From the NCBI GenBank assembly GCA_001778235.1, contig MFGJ01000001.1, positions 5,152 to 69,151 on the forward strand: a stretch of DNA of 64,000 nt, read 5' to 3'. The stretch's first letter is position 1. Every line of letters starts with the position of its first letter. Shown piece by piece: positions 1-9,482 of this stretch. The notes below the pieces were generated by a model, which searched no databases, had not been told where the DNA came from, and saw only the letters and a program-made list of their open reading frames with translations. Source of the stretch: Candidatus Falkowbacteria bacterium RIFOXYC2_FULL_36_12 (GTDB taxonomy: Bacteria; Patescibacteriota; Patescibacteriia; UBA11705). A program made the translations under genes and the position numbers.

Positions 1-480
1 AAATTCATCTTTTATGGCTTTAATCAATGATTCAAATTGAATTAATTTTGTAATCAGGGCAAAAGCAGTAATCATGCCTGTGTTGGTAATATCTCTGCCA
101 ATAATCTGACGAGCAAAATCAGTCACTGGGATGGTATAGAGTTTTAATAAATCAAGTTGAGGCCAATTTGCCTGCTCTGAATTAACGAAAATAACTGTTG
201 ATTTTTTTATGCCCTCAAGAACATCTGGAACTAATTTGAGTAATGTCGGATCTTGGACTATGAGAAAATCTGGCTGATAAATTTGAGACTGTATTCTCAC
301 TGGCTCTGATGAAATTCGCACAAAGGCTTCGACAGGAGCACCACGACGCTCGACTCCAAAATTGGGGAAAGCCTGTGAAAACTTGCCTTCATAAAAAGCG
401 GCTTTAGCAATCAAATTTGCAGCTGTAACAGCTCCTTGACCTCCTCGGCCATGAATCCGAATTTGGATATATTTTTTCAT
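1..480 (-). CDS. 2-oxoacid:ferredoxin oxidoreductase gamma subunit (PorG-like). The gene runs past the window's 5' edge, so its C-terminus is missing.
   Basis: Reverse-strand translation from the ATG at 478-480 gives MKKYIQIRIHGRGGQGAVTAANLIAKAAFYEGKFSQAFPNFGVERRGAPVEAFVRIS..., which matches the gamma-subunit GRGGQG motif and fold. It is open to position 1 and has no stop, which is why the ORF track lacks it. Confidence 0.6.
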   Translation of the reverse strand, partial: MKKYIQIRIHGRGGQGAVTAANLIAKAAFYEGKFSQAFPNFGVERRGAPVEAFVRISSEPVRIQSQIYQPDFLIVQDPTLLKLVPDVLEGIKKSTVIFVNSEQANWPQLDLLKLYTIPVTDFARQIIGRDITNTGMITAFALITKLIQFESLIKAIKDEF

Positions 481-482
481 AA

Positions 483-1193
483 TTATTTTGCAATAGAATT
501 AATAATGTCTTCCCAAGTTTCTATGGAAACATAACCGGCCAACTTGTAACCATTAACAAAAAAAGTTGGAGTGCCGACAACTTCCAATTCTTCAGCCAGA
601 CTAACATCAGCTAGAATTTTCTGCTGATTTCTTTGTTCAGTCATACATTGGGTGAAATGGAATTCATTTAAACCTGTCTGAATAGCAATTTGGAGAAGAT
701 CAGCTGGAGTAACTTTATCCTGGAGTTGGAATAATCGATCATGAAAAGGCCAAAACTTACCTTGGAGATGAGCACACTCACCAGCCTGGGCATAAGCGAC
801 CGAAGCTTCGTCAATAATCGGAAAATTTCTCCAATAAAACCTAACCTGATCAGGATATTTTAATTGTAACTGACGAATAACAGAATAATTTCTTTGGCTA
901 ACCTGACATAAAAAATCACCAAATTCAACAATGACAATCGGGGCGATGGGCGAGCCGAAATAGGGATCAGACGGGTCAATAATTTTGTCCATGGAATATG
1001 GGGCGTCAGACTGGCCAACCTTTGCCTGGCTATTATAGACTGAAGCAAAAGAACGATAAACCAAGAAACCAAAAATCAAAAGTGCAATAACAATCAATAT
1101 TAAAATAAAAAGTAAAAGTTTCCCCCACCATTTTTTGTACCACGATAACTTAATTGGAAGCTGTGAATCTTCAATCATAATTTGATTTTGCAT
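483..1193 (-). CDS. Membrane-anchored DsbA-like thioredoxin-fold protein (thiol:disulfide oxidoreductase family).
   Basis: One N-terminal TM helix (LLLFILILIVIALLIFGFLVY) is followed by a thioredoxin-like domain. FGDFLCQVSQ is a CxxS variant of the DsbA CxxC motif. The C-terminal VVGTPTFFVNG resembles DsbA. Confidence 0.55.
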   Translation of the reverse strand: MQNQIMIEDSQLPIKLSWYKKWWGKLLLFILILIVIALLIFGFLVYRSFASVYNSQAKVGQSDAPYSMDKIIDPSDPYFGSPIAPIVIVEFGDFLCQVSQRNYSVIRQLQLKYPDQVRFYWRNFPIIDEASVAYAQAGECAHLQGKFWPFHDRLFQLQDKVTPADLLQIAIQTGLNEFHFTQCMTEQRNQQKILADVSLAEELEVVGTPTFFVNGYKLAGYVSIETWEDIINSIAK

Positions 1194-1358
1194 CTAATTT
1201 ATTTTACCACAAAACATTGATTTTCAGAAATCTTGTTATAGTTGACAATATTCACAGGTATATGTAATATAATTAAATCTCAAAATTAAATAAAAATGTC
1301 TAGCTTGACGAATTCGTGTTATTTTGATATAGTTGAGCTAGTAAATTAAGCTAATTTT

Positions 1359-1577
1359 ATGGACCAAATCATTATTATTATTCAAATGGTTGTAGCTGTT
1401 CTACTGATTATTTTCATTTTACTCCAAAATCGCGGTTCTGGAGCTGGAGGTATTTTTGGCGGTGCAGGCGGAGGCTCATTCCGAAGCAAAAGAGGACTGG
1501 ACAAAAAGCTTCATATTTTAACTATTATCTTCTCAATATTATTTCTTGGTTTATCAATAGCAAATTTGTTATTTTAA
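1359..1577 (+). CDS. secG: Preprotein translocase subunit SecG.
   Basis: 72 aa with two TM helices flanking the glycine-rich LLQNRGSGAGGIFGGAGGG segment typical of SecG. Confidence 0.7.
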   Translation: MDQIIIIIQMVVAVLLIIFILLQNRGSGAGGIFGGAGGGSFRSKRGLDKKLHILTIIFSILFLGLSIANLLF

Positions 1578-1600
1578 CTAAAAATAATACTTAATATTTT

Positions 1601-3466
1601 GTGAATTTTTTCAAAAATATTCTCTTTTCAATCAAAGCAAAAAGAACTCCAAAATTAACTGATACAAAAACCCGTAAAAAATTGCTTGAACACAATCAAA
1701 CTGACCAAAAATTGGTAGCTTCACTTTCAAATAAAAAAATCCCAACTTTTAAACAAGTAAAATATTTGGGAAAACTTTTGACGGTCAGAGAAAAATTAGC
1801 AATCAAAATTTTTACAACATTTGTAATAGTTGGTGTGATTTTTATTGGCATCAACTCATACTTAAATTTATCTAATGTTGCTCCAGCCAAAGGTGGAAAG
1901 TATACTGAAGCATTGGTTGGATCGCCTCAATTTATTAACCCAATACTTGCTCAAACAAATGATGTGGATCTTGATCTAAGCTCAATCTTGTTTAATGGAT
2001 TGATGCAATACACACCTGGTCTTGGACTGGTTGAAGATTTGGCGGAGAGCTATTCAATAAGTGAGGATCAGAAAGTCTACACCTTTGTTTTGAGAAAAGA
2101 TGTTTATTGGCATGATGGACAGCTGTTTACGGCTGATGATGTAATCTTTACTTTTTCCAGAATCAATGACCCAAACGCCAAAAGTCCCTTATATTTTAAT
2201 TTCAAAGGTACAACTGTAGAAAAAATTGATGATTTTACTATCAGATTTATTTTGACTGAACCTTTTGCACCATTTCTCGAAAACTTAACTGTAGGAATTA
2301 TTCCAGCCCATGTCTGGAAAAATATCCCAGTACAAAATTCACATTTATCAGATCTTAATTTGAAACCGATTGGTACTGGTCCATATCAATTTGCATCTTT
2401 AACCAAGGATAATAAAACCGGAGAGATTAAATCATATACACTTGAAAGAAATAATGGATATTTTGATGGCCCAGCAAATATTGATAAAATAATATTTAAA
2501 TTTTACCCAAATTTTGATTTGGCGATAGAAGCTCTAAACAATAAAAATGTTCAAGCAATGAGCTTCTTGCCAAAAGAAAAGCAAGATAGAATAATTAATG
2601 ATCGATCACTAAATTATCAATATTTAAACCTACCACAATATACTGCAATATTTTTTAACCAAAAAGAAAATACTTTACTTAAAAACCAAACTTTGAGAAA
2701 AATATTAGCGCATGGAATTGACAAAGATAAACTGGTGAGTGATGTACTGAATTCAGAGGCTCAAAAAATCGAGGGAACAATTTTGCCAGGACAACTTGGT
2801 TATACAGATGATTACCCAAAATATCCTTTTGATATTGAATACGCAAAAGGAGAGCTGGAGAAATTGGACTGGAAACTAGCAACATACGAAGTGGAAGCAA
2901 AAGAAGGTGAAACAACTGAAACATACCCATTCCAAGTTCGGAAGAAAAATAGTACCTACCTGGAACTCGGTCTAACAACGGTCAATTTGCCGGAAAATGT
3001 TGATATTGCCAAGGCAATCCAAAAAACCTGGCAATTGCTTGGAGTAAAAACAAATATCAAACTGGTGGAACCTGATAATATTGCTGAAACTCTGAAAAAT
3101 CGTGATTATGAAATCCTGCTGTATGGCGCGATTATTGGTTATGATCCAGATCCATTTGCTTTTTGGCATTCATCACAAGCTCAACAACCTGGATTGAATT
3201 TATCTCAATTTACCAACAATAATGCTGACAAATTGCTATCTGATGCAAGAAAAACAACTAATATTGAAGAAAGAGAAAAAGACTACATTGCATTCCAAAA
3301 GATAATCGCTGAAGAGGTTCCTGCTGTTTTTCTCTATAACCCTACTTATACTTATCCTCAAACAAATAAAATTCTTGGTTTTGAAAACCACACAATTGTC
3401 ATCCCTGCTAATAGGTTGGCTAACATTGAAAAGTGGTACATCAAAACTGATCGAAAATTCAACTAA
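1601..3466 (+). CDS. Family-5 ABC transporter substrate-binding protein (peptide/nickel, OppA/DppA-like) with an N-terminal membrane anchor.
   Basis: 621 aa. An N-terminal TM segment is followed by a large periplasmic-type domain whose sequence resembles family-5 solute-binding proteins. Confidence 0.5.
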   Translation: MNFFKNILFSIKAKRTPKLTDTKTRKKLLEHNQTDQKLVASLSNKKIPTFKQVKYLGKLLTVREKLAIKIFTTFVIVGVIFIGINSYLNLSNVAPAKGGKYTEALVGSPQFINPILAQTNDVDLDLSSILFNGLMQYTPGLGLVEDLAESYSISEDQKVYTFVLRKDVYWHDGQLFTADDVIFTFSRINDPNAKSPLYFNFKGTTVEKIDDFTIRFILTEPFAPFLENLTVGIIPAHVWKNIPVQNSHLSDLNLKPIGTGPYQFASLTKDNKTGEIKSYTLERNNGYFDGPANIDKIIFKFYPNFDLAIEALNNKNVQAMSFLPKEKQDRIINDRSLNYQYLNLPQYTAIFFNQKENTLLKNQTLRKILAHGIDKDKLVSDVLNSEAQKIEGTILPGQLGYTDDYPKYPFDIEYAKGELEKLDWKLATYEVEAKEGETTETYPFQVRKKNSTYLELGLTTVNLPENVDIAKAIQKTWQLLGVKTNIKLVEPDNIAETLKNRDYEILLYGAIIGYDPDPFAFWHSSQAQQPGLNLSQFTNNNADKLLSDARKTTNIEEREKDYIAFQKIIAEEVPAVFLYNPTYTYPQTNKILGFENHTIVIPANRLANIEKWYIKTDRKFN

Positions 3467-3710
3467 TATTTCTTCCTATATAATTAATTAAAAGCAACGA
3501 ATTTATTTTAAATTCGCAGATTTGTAGTTTATCTCAATTAAAAAATAACTAATATAAATCAAAACTACATAAAAAGATATGATACAAAAAAGACACACAC
3601 AGATAAAAACTAAGCCAGGTCAACAGAACCAACATGCTTCAAGAGTAGTCAGAAAACACTCTTATAATACCAGTCGCACAAGTAGACCAACAAATTATTT
3701 CGAGCCAGGA

Positions 3711-5402
3711 ATGAATAATGGTGGAGCTCCAAAACTGAAAATTATCGGACTTGGAGGACTAGAGGAAGTTGGTAGGAATATGACCCTACTTGAATATGAT
3801 AAAGATATCATAATCATAGATATGGGATTAATGTTTCCGGATGAAGATATGCCGGGGATTGATTATATTATTCCTGATATATCTTATTTAAAAGGCAAAG
3901 AGAAAAACATCAAAGGAGTTATTATTACTCATGGTCACTATGACCACATTGGTGCGATCTCTCATTTAATTCCTGAACTAGGATTTCCAACCCTATACAT
4001 GACTCCGCTTACTGCCGGATTGGTCAAAAAACGGCACGAGGAATATAAATTGCGAGAGCTAGATATAACAATTGTTGATCCAGAAGTTGACAAGATAAAA
4101 CTTGGTAATTTTCTGATTGAATTTTTCAGAGTTAACCACAATATCCCAGATTCATTCGGCGTAGTTGTTCGGACTCCACTTGGAACTGTTGTTCACACTG
4201 GAGATTTTAAAATCGACTTTGCACCGATTCATGATAAACCAGCTGATTTAAACCGTTTTGCTGAAATTGGTAAAAATGGTGTTACTGCCCTACTGATAGA
4301 CAGTACTAATGCTGGTAACCCAGGGAACCAAATTTCAGAACATGTTGTAGAAAATGAACTGGAAAAGATTTTCCAAGAATCTGACGGTATGATTTTGGCT
4401 GGAACTTTTGCTTCACTATTAAATCGTGTTCAACAATTAATTTCTCTAGCCGAAAAATACGGTCGAAAGGTTTACCTCGATGGACGAAGCATGATATCAA
4501 ATGCGGAAATTGCTCATCAACTGGGATATTTGAAATTCAAACCAACAACTTTGATTGAAGGTGGAGAAATTGATAAATACCCAAGAAACAAGTTGCTAGT
4601 AATAGGGACTGGAGCTCAAGGAGAAAAAAATGCTGTTTTGATGAGAATTGCCAACAAAGATCATAAACACATTGAAATAGAACAAGGAGATTGTGTAATT
4701 TTCTCATCTTCAGTTATTCCTGGAAATGAAAGAACAATTCAAAGCCTAAAAGATACTTTTGCGAGATTGGGAGCGAGAATCTACCACTATAAAATGATGG
4801 ATGTCCACGCAGGAGGACATGCGCAACAAGAAGATTTGAAATTGACTATGCGCCTTTTCAAACCAAAATATATTATGCCGATTGAAGCAAATTATTTCCT
4901 AAGAGTTACCAATGGAGAAGTGGCTGAACAAATTGGTTTTGCTAAAGAAAATATTTTACTCCCTGACAATGGCCAAGTAACTGAATTCAAAAGACAGGGA
5001 CGCGAAGTAATTGCCGAAGTAACAAAAGAAAAAGTGCCGACAGAATATATTATGGTTGATGGTCTTGGTGTTGGAGATGTAAGTAATATTGTGATACGAG
5101 ACCGCCAAGTGCTGGCTGATGATGGGATGTTTGTCGTTATCGCCACTCTTGATGCAAAATCAGGCGAATTGGTTGGTAGTCCAGATATTATTTCCCGTGG
5201 ATTTGTTTATATGAAAGAAAGTAAGAAACTGATTGAAGAAGCTCGAGCTAGGGTGAGAAAAATTTGTAAAGAAAAAGGTAATAATAAGAAATTTACAGGC
5301 ACTGATGAAATCAGGAATAAAATCCGAGATGATGTAGGTAAATTCTTGTTTTTCAAAACTAAGAGAAGACCAATGGTTTTACCGGTGGTGATTGAAGTGT
5401 AA
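3711..5402 (+). CDS. rnj: Ribonuclease J (metallo-beta-lactamase / beta-CASP).
   Basis: KLKIIGLGGLEEVGRNM start, the HGHYDHIG zinc motif, and beta-CASP and C-terminal domains. The track starts the ORF at 3579 with a 44-aa Arg/Ser/Thr-rich extension. The ATG at 3711 (MNNGGAPKLKII) fits the canonical RNase J N-terminus. Confidence 0.85.
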   Translation: MNNGGAPKLKIIGLGGLEEVGRNMTLLEYDKDIIIIDMGLMFPDEDMPGIDYIIPDISYLKGKEKNIKGVIITHGHYDHIGAISHLIPELGFPTLYMTPLTAGLVKKRHEEYKLRELDITIVDPEVDKIKLGNFLIEFFRVNHNIPDSFGVVVRTPLGTVVHTGDFKIDFAPIHDKPADLNRFAEIGKNGVTALLIDSTNAGNPGNQISEHVVENELEKIFQESDGMILAGTFASLLNRVQQLISLAEKYGRKVYLDGRSMISNAEIAHQLGYLKFKPTTLIEGGEIDKYPRNKLLVIGTGAQGEKNAVLMRIANKDHKHIEIEQGDCVIFSSSVIPGNERTIQSLKDTFARLGARIYHYKMMDVHAGGHAQQEDLKLTMRLFKPKYIMPIEANYFLRVTNGEVAEQIGFAKENILLPDNGQVTEFKRQGREVIAEVTKEKVPTEYIMVDGLGVGDVSNIVIRDRQVLADDGMFVVIATLDAKSGELVGSPDIISRGFVYMKESKKLIEEARARVRKICKEKGNNKKFTGTDEIRNKIRDDVGKFLFFKTKRRPMVLPVVIEV

Positions 5403-5419
5403 ACATTACGAATACTAGA

Positions 5420-5450
5420 AAAAAACACGCCCAGAAAGGTGTGTTTTTTA
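5420..5450 (+). terminator. Rho-independent terminator after rnj.
   Basis: ACACGCCCAGAAAGGTGTGT hairpin followed by a T-run. Confidence 0.6.
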
Positions 5451-5454
5451 TTAT

Positions 5455-5895
5455 AAACATAAACTACCAGTGATAGCTAGTGTGGGCGTTTAAAGGCGAA
5501 GCCGTTGAAAGTAGTAGGCATCAGTTTAATCTAAATGTAAGTTGTTGTTTTGCTAAAGTGAGTTATTTTGAGATTGAGTGATTGATTTCGCTTTGCGAGC
5601 TACTTTTGACACCCTGCCTACCGGCAGGCAGGCAAAAGTAGCCAAAAGTGCTGGGGGGATTCAATGCGAATTGAAATGATTATCTCTCGTGCATTGATTA
5701 CGCGCAGAATCCCCCCAGACCTGCCTTCATCAAGATTATGGCAGGCAAGCCCCGATGCTTGGCATGTTCGTGGGGATGAATAATAAAGTAATTGCTTAAT
5801 ACGGTGGAAAATGAATTGCAGGTGATTAAATTATATAAAGATGGAGGCCTTTGCCCGAAAGATAGAAACTACCAGTTGCTATGCTGGTGGTTTTT
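5455..5895. repeat. Dispersed hairpin-rich repeat element, copy 1.
   Basis: It shares long blocks with 18040..18660: TTGAAAGTAGT-GG...TAATTTAAATGTAAGT-GTT--TGTT-GCTAAAG, GTGATTGAT, a CCTGCCTACCGGCAGGCAGG palindrome, GGGGGGATTC...GAATCCCCCC inverted repeats, and CATGTTCGTGGGG. It is flanked by imperfect direct repeats of AAACTACCAGT at 5461 and 5867. Confidence 0.7.
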
Positions 5896-5927
5896 CATTT
5901 GATTTGGCTAATTATAAACAAATATCA

Positions 5928-5956
5928 TTGACAAATCTAGCTTCTTTTGCTATAAT
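5928..5956 (+). promoter_or_regulatory. Consensus sigma70-type promoter for rnpB.
   Basis: TTGACA (5928-5933), a 17-bp spacer, then TATAAT (5951-5956). The RNase P RNA 5' end lies about 8 nt downstream. Confidence 0.7.
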
Positions 5957-5963
5957 GATGTTG

Positions 5964-6562
5964 GTTCCAAATGAGTAGTTCTGTCGCCCCCCCACTAAAA
6001 TTTATGTTTTATGTTTACCTTTTACAAAGCTTAAAGGATAAAAAACTTTATATTGGTTATACAAATGATTTAAGAAGAAGATTTGCTGAACATAATAAAG
6101 GTGAATCTAAGTCAACAAGAAATAGAAGACCTTTTAGATTGGTTTACTATGAAGCCTTTTTATCTCAAATTGATGCAAAAAACAGGGAACGGAAATTAAA
6201 ACTATTCAAAAATACTTACAACCACTTGAAAAAACGGATAGTAAATAGTCTTTTAGAACATAAATTTTAGTGGGGGGGAGGAAAGTCCGAACACTCACAC
6301 TTTGGTGTAGAATGGTAGCGGGTAATTCCCGTCGATTGGCTAGATTTATCATGTCAATCAGAGGTGCGAGCAGTGACGTCAAATTGAGAAATTAATTTGA
6401 ATCCCTTTGGGGATAATCTCTTTCGAAAGATAGAGAGTGAAACGGCTAAATCCTTACTTGAGTGCAAGAGCAAATTAGGTAGCTCGCTTGAACCTACAAG
6501 CAATTGTAGGGCTAGATAGATGACAGTTAAAACAGAATTCGGCTTACTCACTTGTTTGGAAC
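5964..6562 (+). ncRNA. rnpB: RNase P RNA (bacterial type A) with a ~290-nt expansion of helix P3 that contains an ORF.
   Basis: P4 5' strand GGAGGAAAGTCCGAACAC at 6279-6296. GCAAGAGCAAATTAGG matches the GCAAGGCCAAAUAGG region. GGGCTAGATAGATGACAG...ACAGAATTCGGCTTAC matches GGCCUAGAUGAAUGAC...ACAGAACCCGGCUUA. P1 pairs GGTTCCAAATGAG with CTCACTTGTTTGGAACC. A terminator follows at 6570-6596 (GTGACGGCGTCAC plus a T-run). Confidence 0.85.
6004..6270 (+). CDS. GIY-YIG nuclease family protein (UPF0213 / YhbQ-like, 88 aa) lying inside the RNase P RNA P3 helix.
   Basis: MFYVYLLQSLKDKKLYIGYTNDLRRRFAEHNKGESKSTRNRRPFRLVYYEAFL... matches the small GIY-YIG (YhbQ/COG2827) pattern. The ORF sits exactly in the loop of a perfect 20-bp stem (5987-6006 pairs with 6259-6278), so its ATG pairs with the CAT just upstream of its stop. 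The track start at 5971 would read through the rnpB P1/P2 strands, so 6004 is preferred. Confidence 0.75.
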   Translation: MFYVYLLQSLKDKKLYIGYTNDLRRRFAEHNKGESKSTRNRRPFRLVYYEAFLSQIDAKNRERKLKLFKNTYNHLKKRIVNSLLEHKF

Positions 6563-6654
6563 CAAAAAAAGATAGTGACGGCGTCACTGTTTTTTTATTT
6601 GAAAAAACATTAATTTTTAAGTATAATATCTGTAGTTATTTATTTAAATTTATT

Positions 6655-8079
6655 ATGAAGAAAAAATCCGAGTTAGTTTTCACAGCAATAAAGATTCCAC
6701 TAGATTATGCTTTACTGGTTTTATCTGGAGTATTAGCCTACTTGATTCGAATAAACGAAAATATTACCCAGTACAGACAAGTGGAATTTAATATTGATTT
6801 AAATGAAATTTTCACCACTTCCCTACTCCTGTCTGTTGTATGGCTATTATTTTTTGCTATGGCTGGTTTGTATAAATTTCGGCGATTGAAAATCACTGAT
6901 GAATTGGGAAAAATTATTCTTGCCTGTTCAACTGGTATGAGCGCGATTATTATTTATATGTTCTTTGTCCGTGAATTATTTGATTCAAGATTTATTGTGC
7001 TTACTGCCTGGGTTTTGAGTATATTTCTGATAATAGTTGCCAGAATTATTTTGAGGAAAATACAAAATATTAGTCTGAAGTTTGGGGTGGGAAGTCACAA
7101 AATAATAATTGTTGGCAACAATGAGGCGACCAAAGAGTTGATAAAAACTTTTAAGCAACAACCAGAATTAGGTTATAAAATAATTGCTGAATGTAAAAAA
7201 TTTGATAATGAAAAATTTATTGATTTGCACAAAAAATATTTCATTGATGAAATAATTCAAACTGATTCATCGTTATCAAGAGCTGAATCAATAGAGCTAA
7301 TAAACTTTTCAGAAAATAATAACATTATTTTCAAATATGCGGCAGGTACATTTGAAGCAAGGACGACAAATATTGATGTTCATATGATTGCCGGGATTCC
7401 CCTAATCGAAATCCGTAAAACTAAGCTTGATGGCTGGGGGAAAATTGCCAAGAGATTAATTGATTTTATTTATTCAATAATTTTAATTGTTGTATTATCC
7501 CCTGTGATGCTAATAATTTTGCTGGCAATAAAAATCGAATCCAGAGGACCAGCAATTTTCCGAAATGAACGAGTATCTCGGCATGGTAAATTTCATGTCT
7601 TCAAATTCAGATCAATGTATGCTGATTATTGCATTGGCAAACAGTTTGAAAAATTTACTGACCAAAAAAAGATTATTGAATTTGAAAAAGATTTAATAAA
7701 AAAACAATCTGAAAGAAAAGGACCAGTTTATAAAATTTTAAATGACCCAAGGAGGACAAAGGTCGGCAGATTTATTGAGAGAACTTCACTCGATGAATTG
7801 CCACAATTATTCAATGTCCTGATTGGCAATATGAGTTTAGTGGGGCCAAGACCGCATCAACCAAGAGAAGTAGAAAAGTATGAAATGCACCACAAGAGAG
7901 TACTTGATATTAAACCGGGAATTACTGGACTGGCACAAATTTCTGGGCGGAGTGATCTTGATTTCGAAGATGAAGTTAAATTGGATACATATTACATTGA
8001 AAACTGGTCACTAAAATTGGATTTCTGGATAATGTTAAAAACTCCACTGGTAGTTTTGTCCAGGAAATCAAAAGTATAA
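6655..8079 (+). CDS. Polyprenyl-phosphate hexose-1-phosphate transferase (WbaP / bacterial sugar transferase family); the initiating glycosyltransferase.
   Basis: Several N-terminal TM helices, then a C-terminal bacterial sugar transferase domain (GPRPHQPREVEKYEMHHKRVLDIKPGITGLAQISGRSDLDFEDEVKLDTYYIENWSLKLDFWIMLKT). The track start at 6520 lies inside rnpB, so the ATG at 6655 (MKKKSELVFTAIKIPLDY) is preferred. Confidence 0.8.
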   Translation: MKKKSELVFTAIKIPLDYALLVLSGVLAYLIRINENITQYRQVEFNIDLNEIFTTSLLLSVVWLLFFAMAGLYKFRRLKITDELGKIILACSTGMSAIIIYMFFVRELFDSRFIVLTAWVLSIFLIIVARIILRKIQNISLKFGVGSHKIIIVGNNEATKELIKTFKQQPELGYKIIAECKKFDNEKFIDLHKKYFIDEIIQTDSSLSRAESIELINFSENNNIIFKYAAGTFEARTTNIDVHMIAGIPLIEIRKTKLDGWGKIAKRLIDFIYSIILIVVLSPVMLIILLAIKIESRGPAIFRNERVSRHGKFHVFKFRSMYADYCIGKQFEKFTDQKKIIEFEKDLIKKQSERKGPVYKILNDPRRTKVGRFIERTSLDELPQLFNVLIGNMSLVGPRPHQPREVEKYEMHHKRVLDIKPGITGLAQISGRSDLDFEDEVKLDTYYIENWSLKLDFWIMLKTPLVVLSRKSKV

Positions 8080-8096
8080 ATCATAACTACAAAAAT

Positions 8097-8846
8097 ATGG
8101 CCATGTTCCAAGAAAGGTTTGAACCATCTGAACAGGAGGATCCATCTCTAAATATTGAAAAGCGACTTTCATTCTCTGCAGTATCCATTGAAACGGTTGA
8201 GGCATATTTAGACTCGGTAGAATCAGAACCACAGGAAAAGCAAATTGAAGAATTTAAAAAAATTCTAAACGCAATAAAAATAAACCAATCTCGTTGGATT
8301 GAACCTGTACTCAATCTTGAATATTTTGAGATACAAATAAAACCAGAATATAAAAAACTGCGGATTGAGTATAATCAACTAAAAACTGACTTAGAAGATG
8401 TTGAAATAGAGACGGATAGAAAAGAAGATCGAGAAAAGTTGTTTGAAGCGTTTAAAAATGATTGGGATAAGTTCAGGAGACAATATGTCAACGCGAAATT
8501 TATGCCACATTTAGCGACTTCATTGGAAAAAGTGGAGCAAGGCAGAGAGAGTGAACTATTAAACAAAACATTAGAAATGATAAAAGATGACATTGTTAGA
8601 ATGGCAAATGACTACTTTGAGGCAGTAAAGCCAATACTACTTTCAGGCATAATGTCAGAAGACCCAATAGAAAAACATCAGGCTGAAATTTATAAAAAAA
8701 CAAAATTCGAATTTGAAAAATTAATAAAACTGGCAGACAAAGCAATAAAAACCAGTGATGACAAAGAGAAAAAAGTCTGGTATAATGAATTAATAGATAA
8801 ATGGAATATATTTCAAGATGAACATATGGTATATGAGAAACAATAA
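8097..8846 (+). CDS. Hypothetical acidic, helix-rich cytoplasmic protein.
   Basis: 249-aa ORF, about 30% Glu/Lys, no TM segment, and no motif I recognise. Confidence 0.4.
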   Translation: MAMFQERFEPSEQEDPSLNIEKRLSFSAVSIETVEAYLDSVESEPQEKQIEEFKKILNAIKINQSRWIEPVLNLEYFEIQIKPEYKKLRIEYNQLKTDLEDVEIETDRKEDREKLFEAFKNDWDKFRRQYVNAKFMPHLATSLEKVEQGRESELLNKTLEMIKDDIVRMANDYFEAVKPILLSGIMSEDPIEKHQAEIYKKTKFEFEKLIKLADKAIKTSDDKEKKVWYNELIDKWNIFQDEHMVYEKQ

Positions 8847-8863
8847 TTAATAATACAAACTTT

Positions 8864-9343
8864 ATGGAACTTGAAAGTCAAATGTTAAACTTACCTCCGG
8901 AGGGTCCAAGTAAACAACTAAAACAAGAACAACCTAATAATGTGACTGAACTCGAGACTGGTGAATTAGCTGGAGTTATGAGCAGAGTAAATAAATTTTG
9001 GGATACTCCGTTTGAGACTACCACTACAGAAGAAATAAACCAAACAGTTGATAATTTTTTAACTGAATTGAAACCACTTAGAACAAGGATTGATGATAAA
9101 GTAAAATTGTATGAGTTTCAACTAAAGGACCTGCCAGTAACTTCAAAACAAATAAAAGAAGTAAATGAAGGAATAAAAGATCGACTTGAGATGGTTCGAG
9201 AAGTACAATCAAAATTTGATACATTATTAGTAAAACTGGAAGCTGTTAGAAAAGAAAATAACTTGCTTAAAAAAGATGACTTGCTTGATGAAGTAAAAAA
9301 TCTTTGGGAAAAATTTTATTCTGAAACTGTCGTAGAAGTATAA
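8864..9343 (+). CDS. Hypothetical acidic coiled-coil protein.
   Basis: 159-aa ORF, 18 bp downstream of the previous gene. A terminator hairpin (AGTCACTCGAAAGAGTGACT plus T-run) at 9355-9385 closes this two-gene unit. Confidence 0.4.
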   Translation: MELESQMLNLPPEGPSKQLKQEQPNNVTELETGELAGVMSRVNKFWDTPFETTTTEEINQTVDNFLTELKPLRTRIDDKVKLYEFQLKDLPVTSKQIKEVNEGIKDRLEMVREVQSKFDTLLVKLEAVRKENNLLKKDDLLDEVKNLWEKFYSETVVEV

Positions 9344-9482
9344 TTAAAATATTTGAGTCACTCGAAAGAGTGACTATTTTATTACAAAAAATTGTAATAA
9401 GATAAACTAAAAAGTGATTTTGTTGTTTCAAAAAGTTTTTTTTCTTTACAAAATTGATAAAAAAACTTAAAATACTATTGCC

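Noticed and set aside
5971-6003. Upstream start (MSSSVAPPLKF) for the GIY-YIG ORF.
   Set aside because: Those codons lie in the P1/P2/P3 strands of rnpB. The GIY-YIG core begins at the ATG at 6004 (MFYVYLLQS), which is also the base of the closing stem.
6354-6587. Track ORF (77 aa, minus strand), and the N-terminal 45 codons of track ORF 6520..8079.
   Set aside because: Both lie inside the RNase P RNA gene. The WbaP-like gene more plausibly starts at the ATG at 6655.
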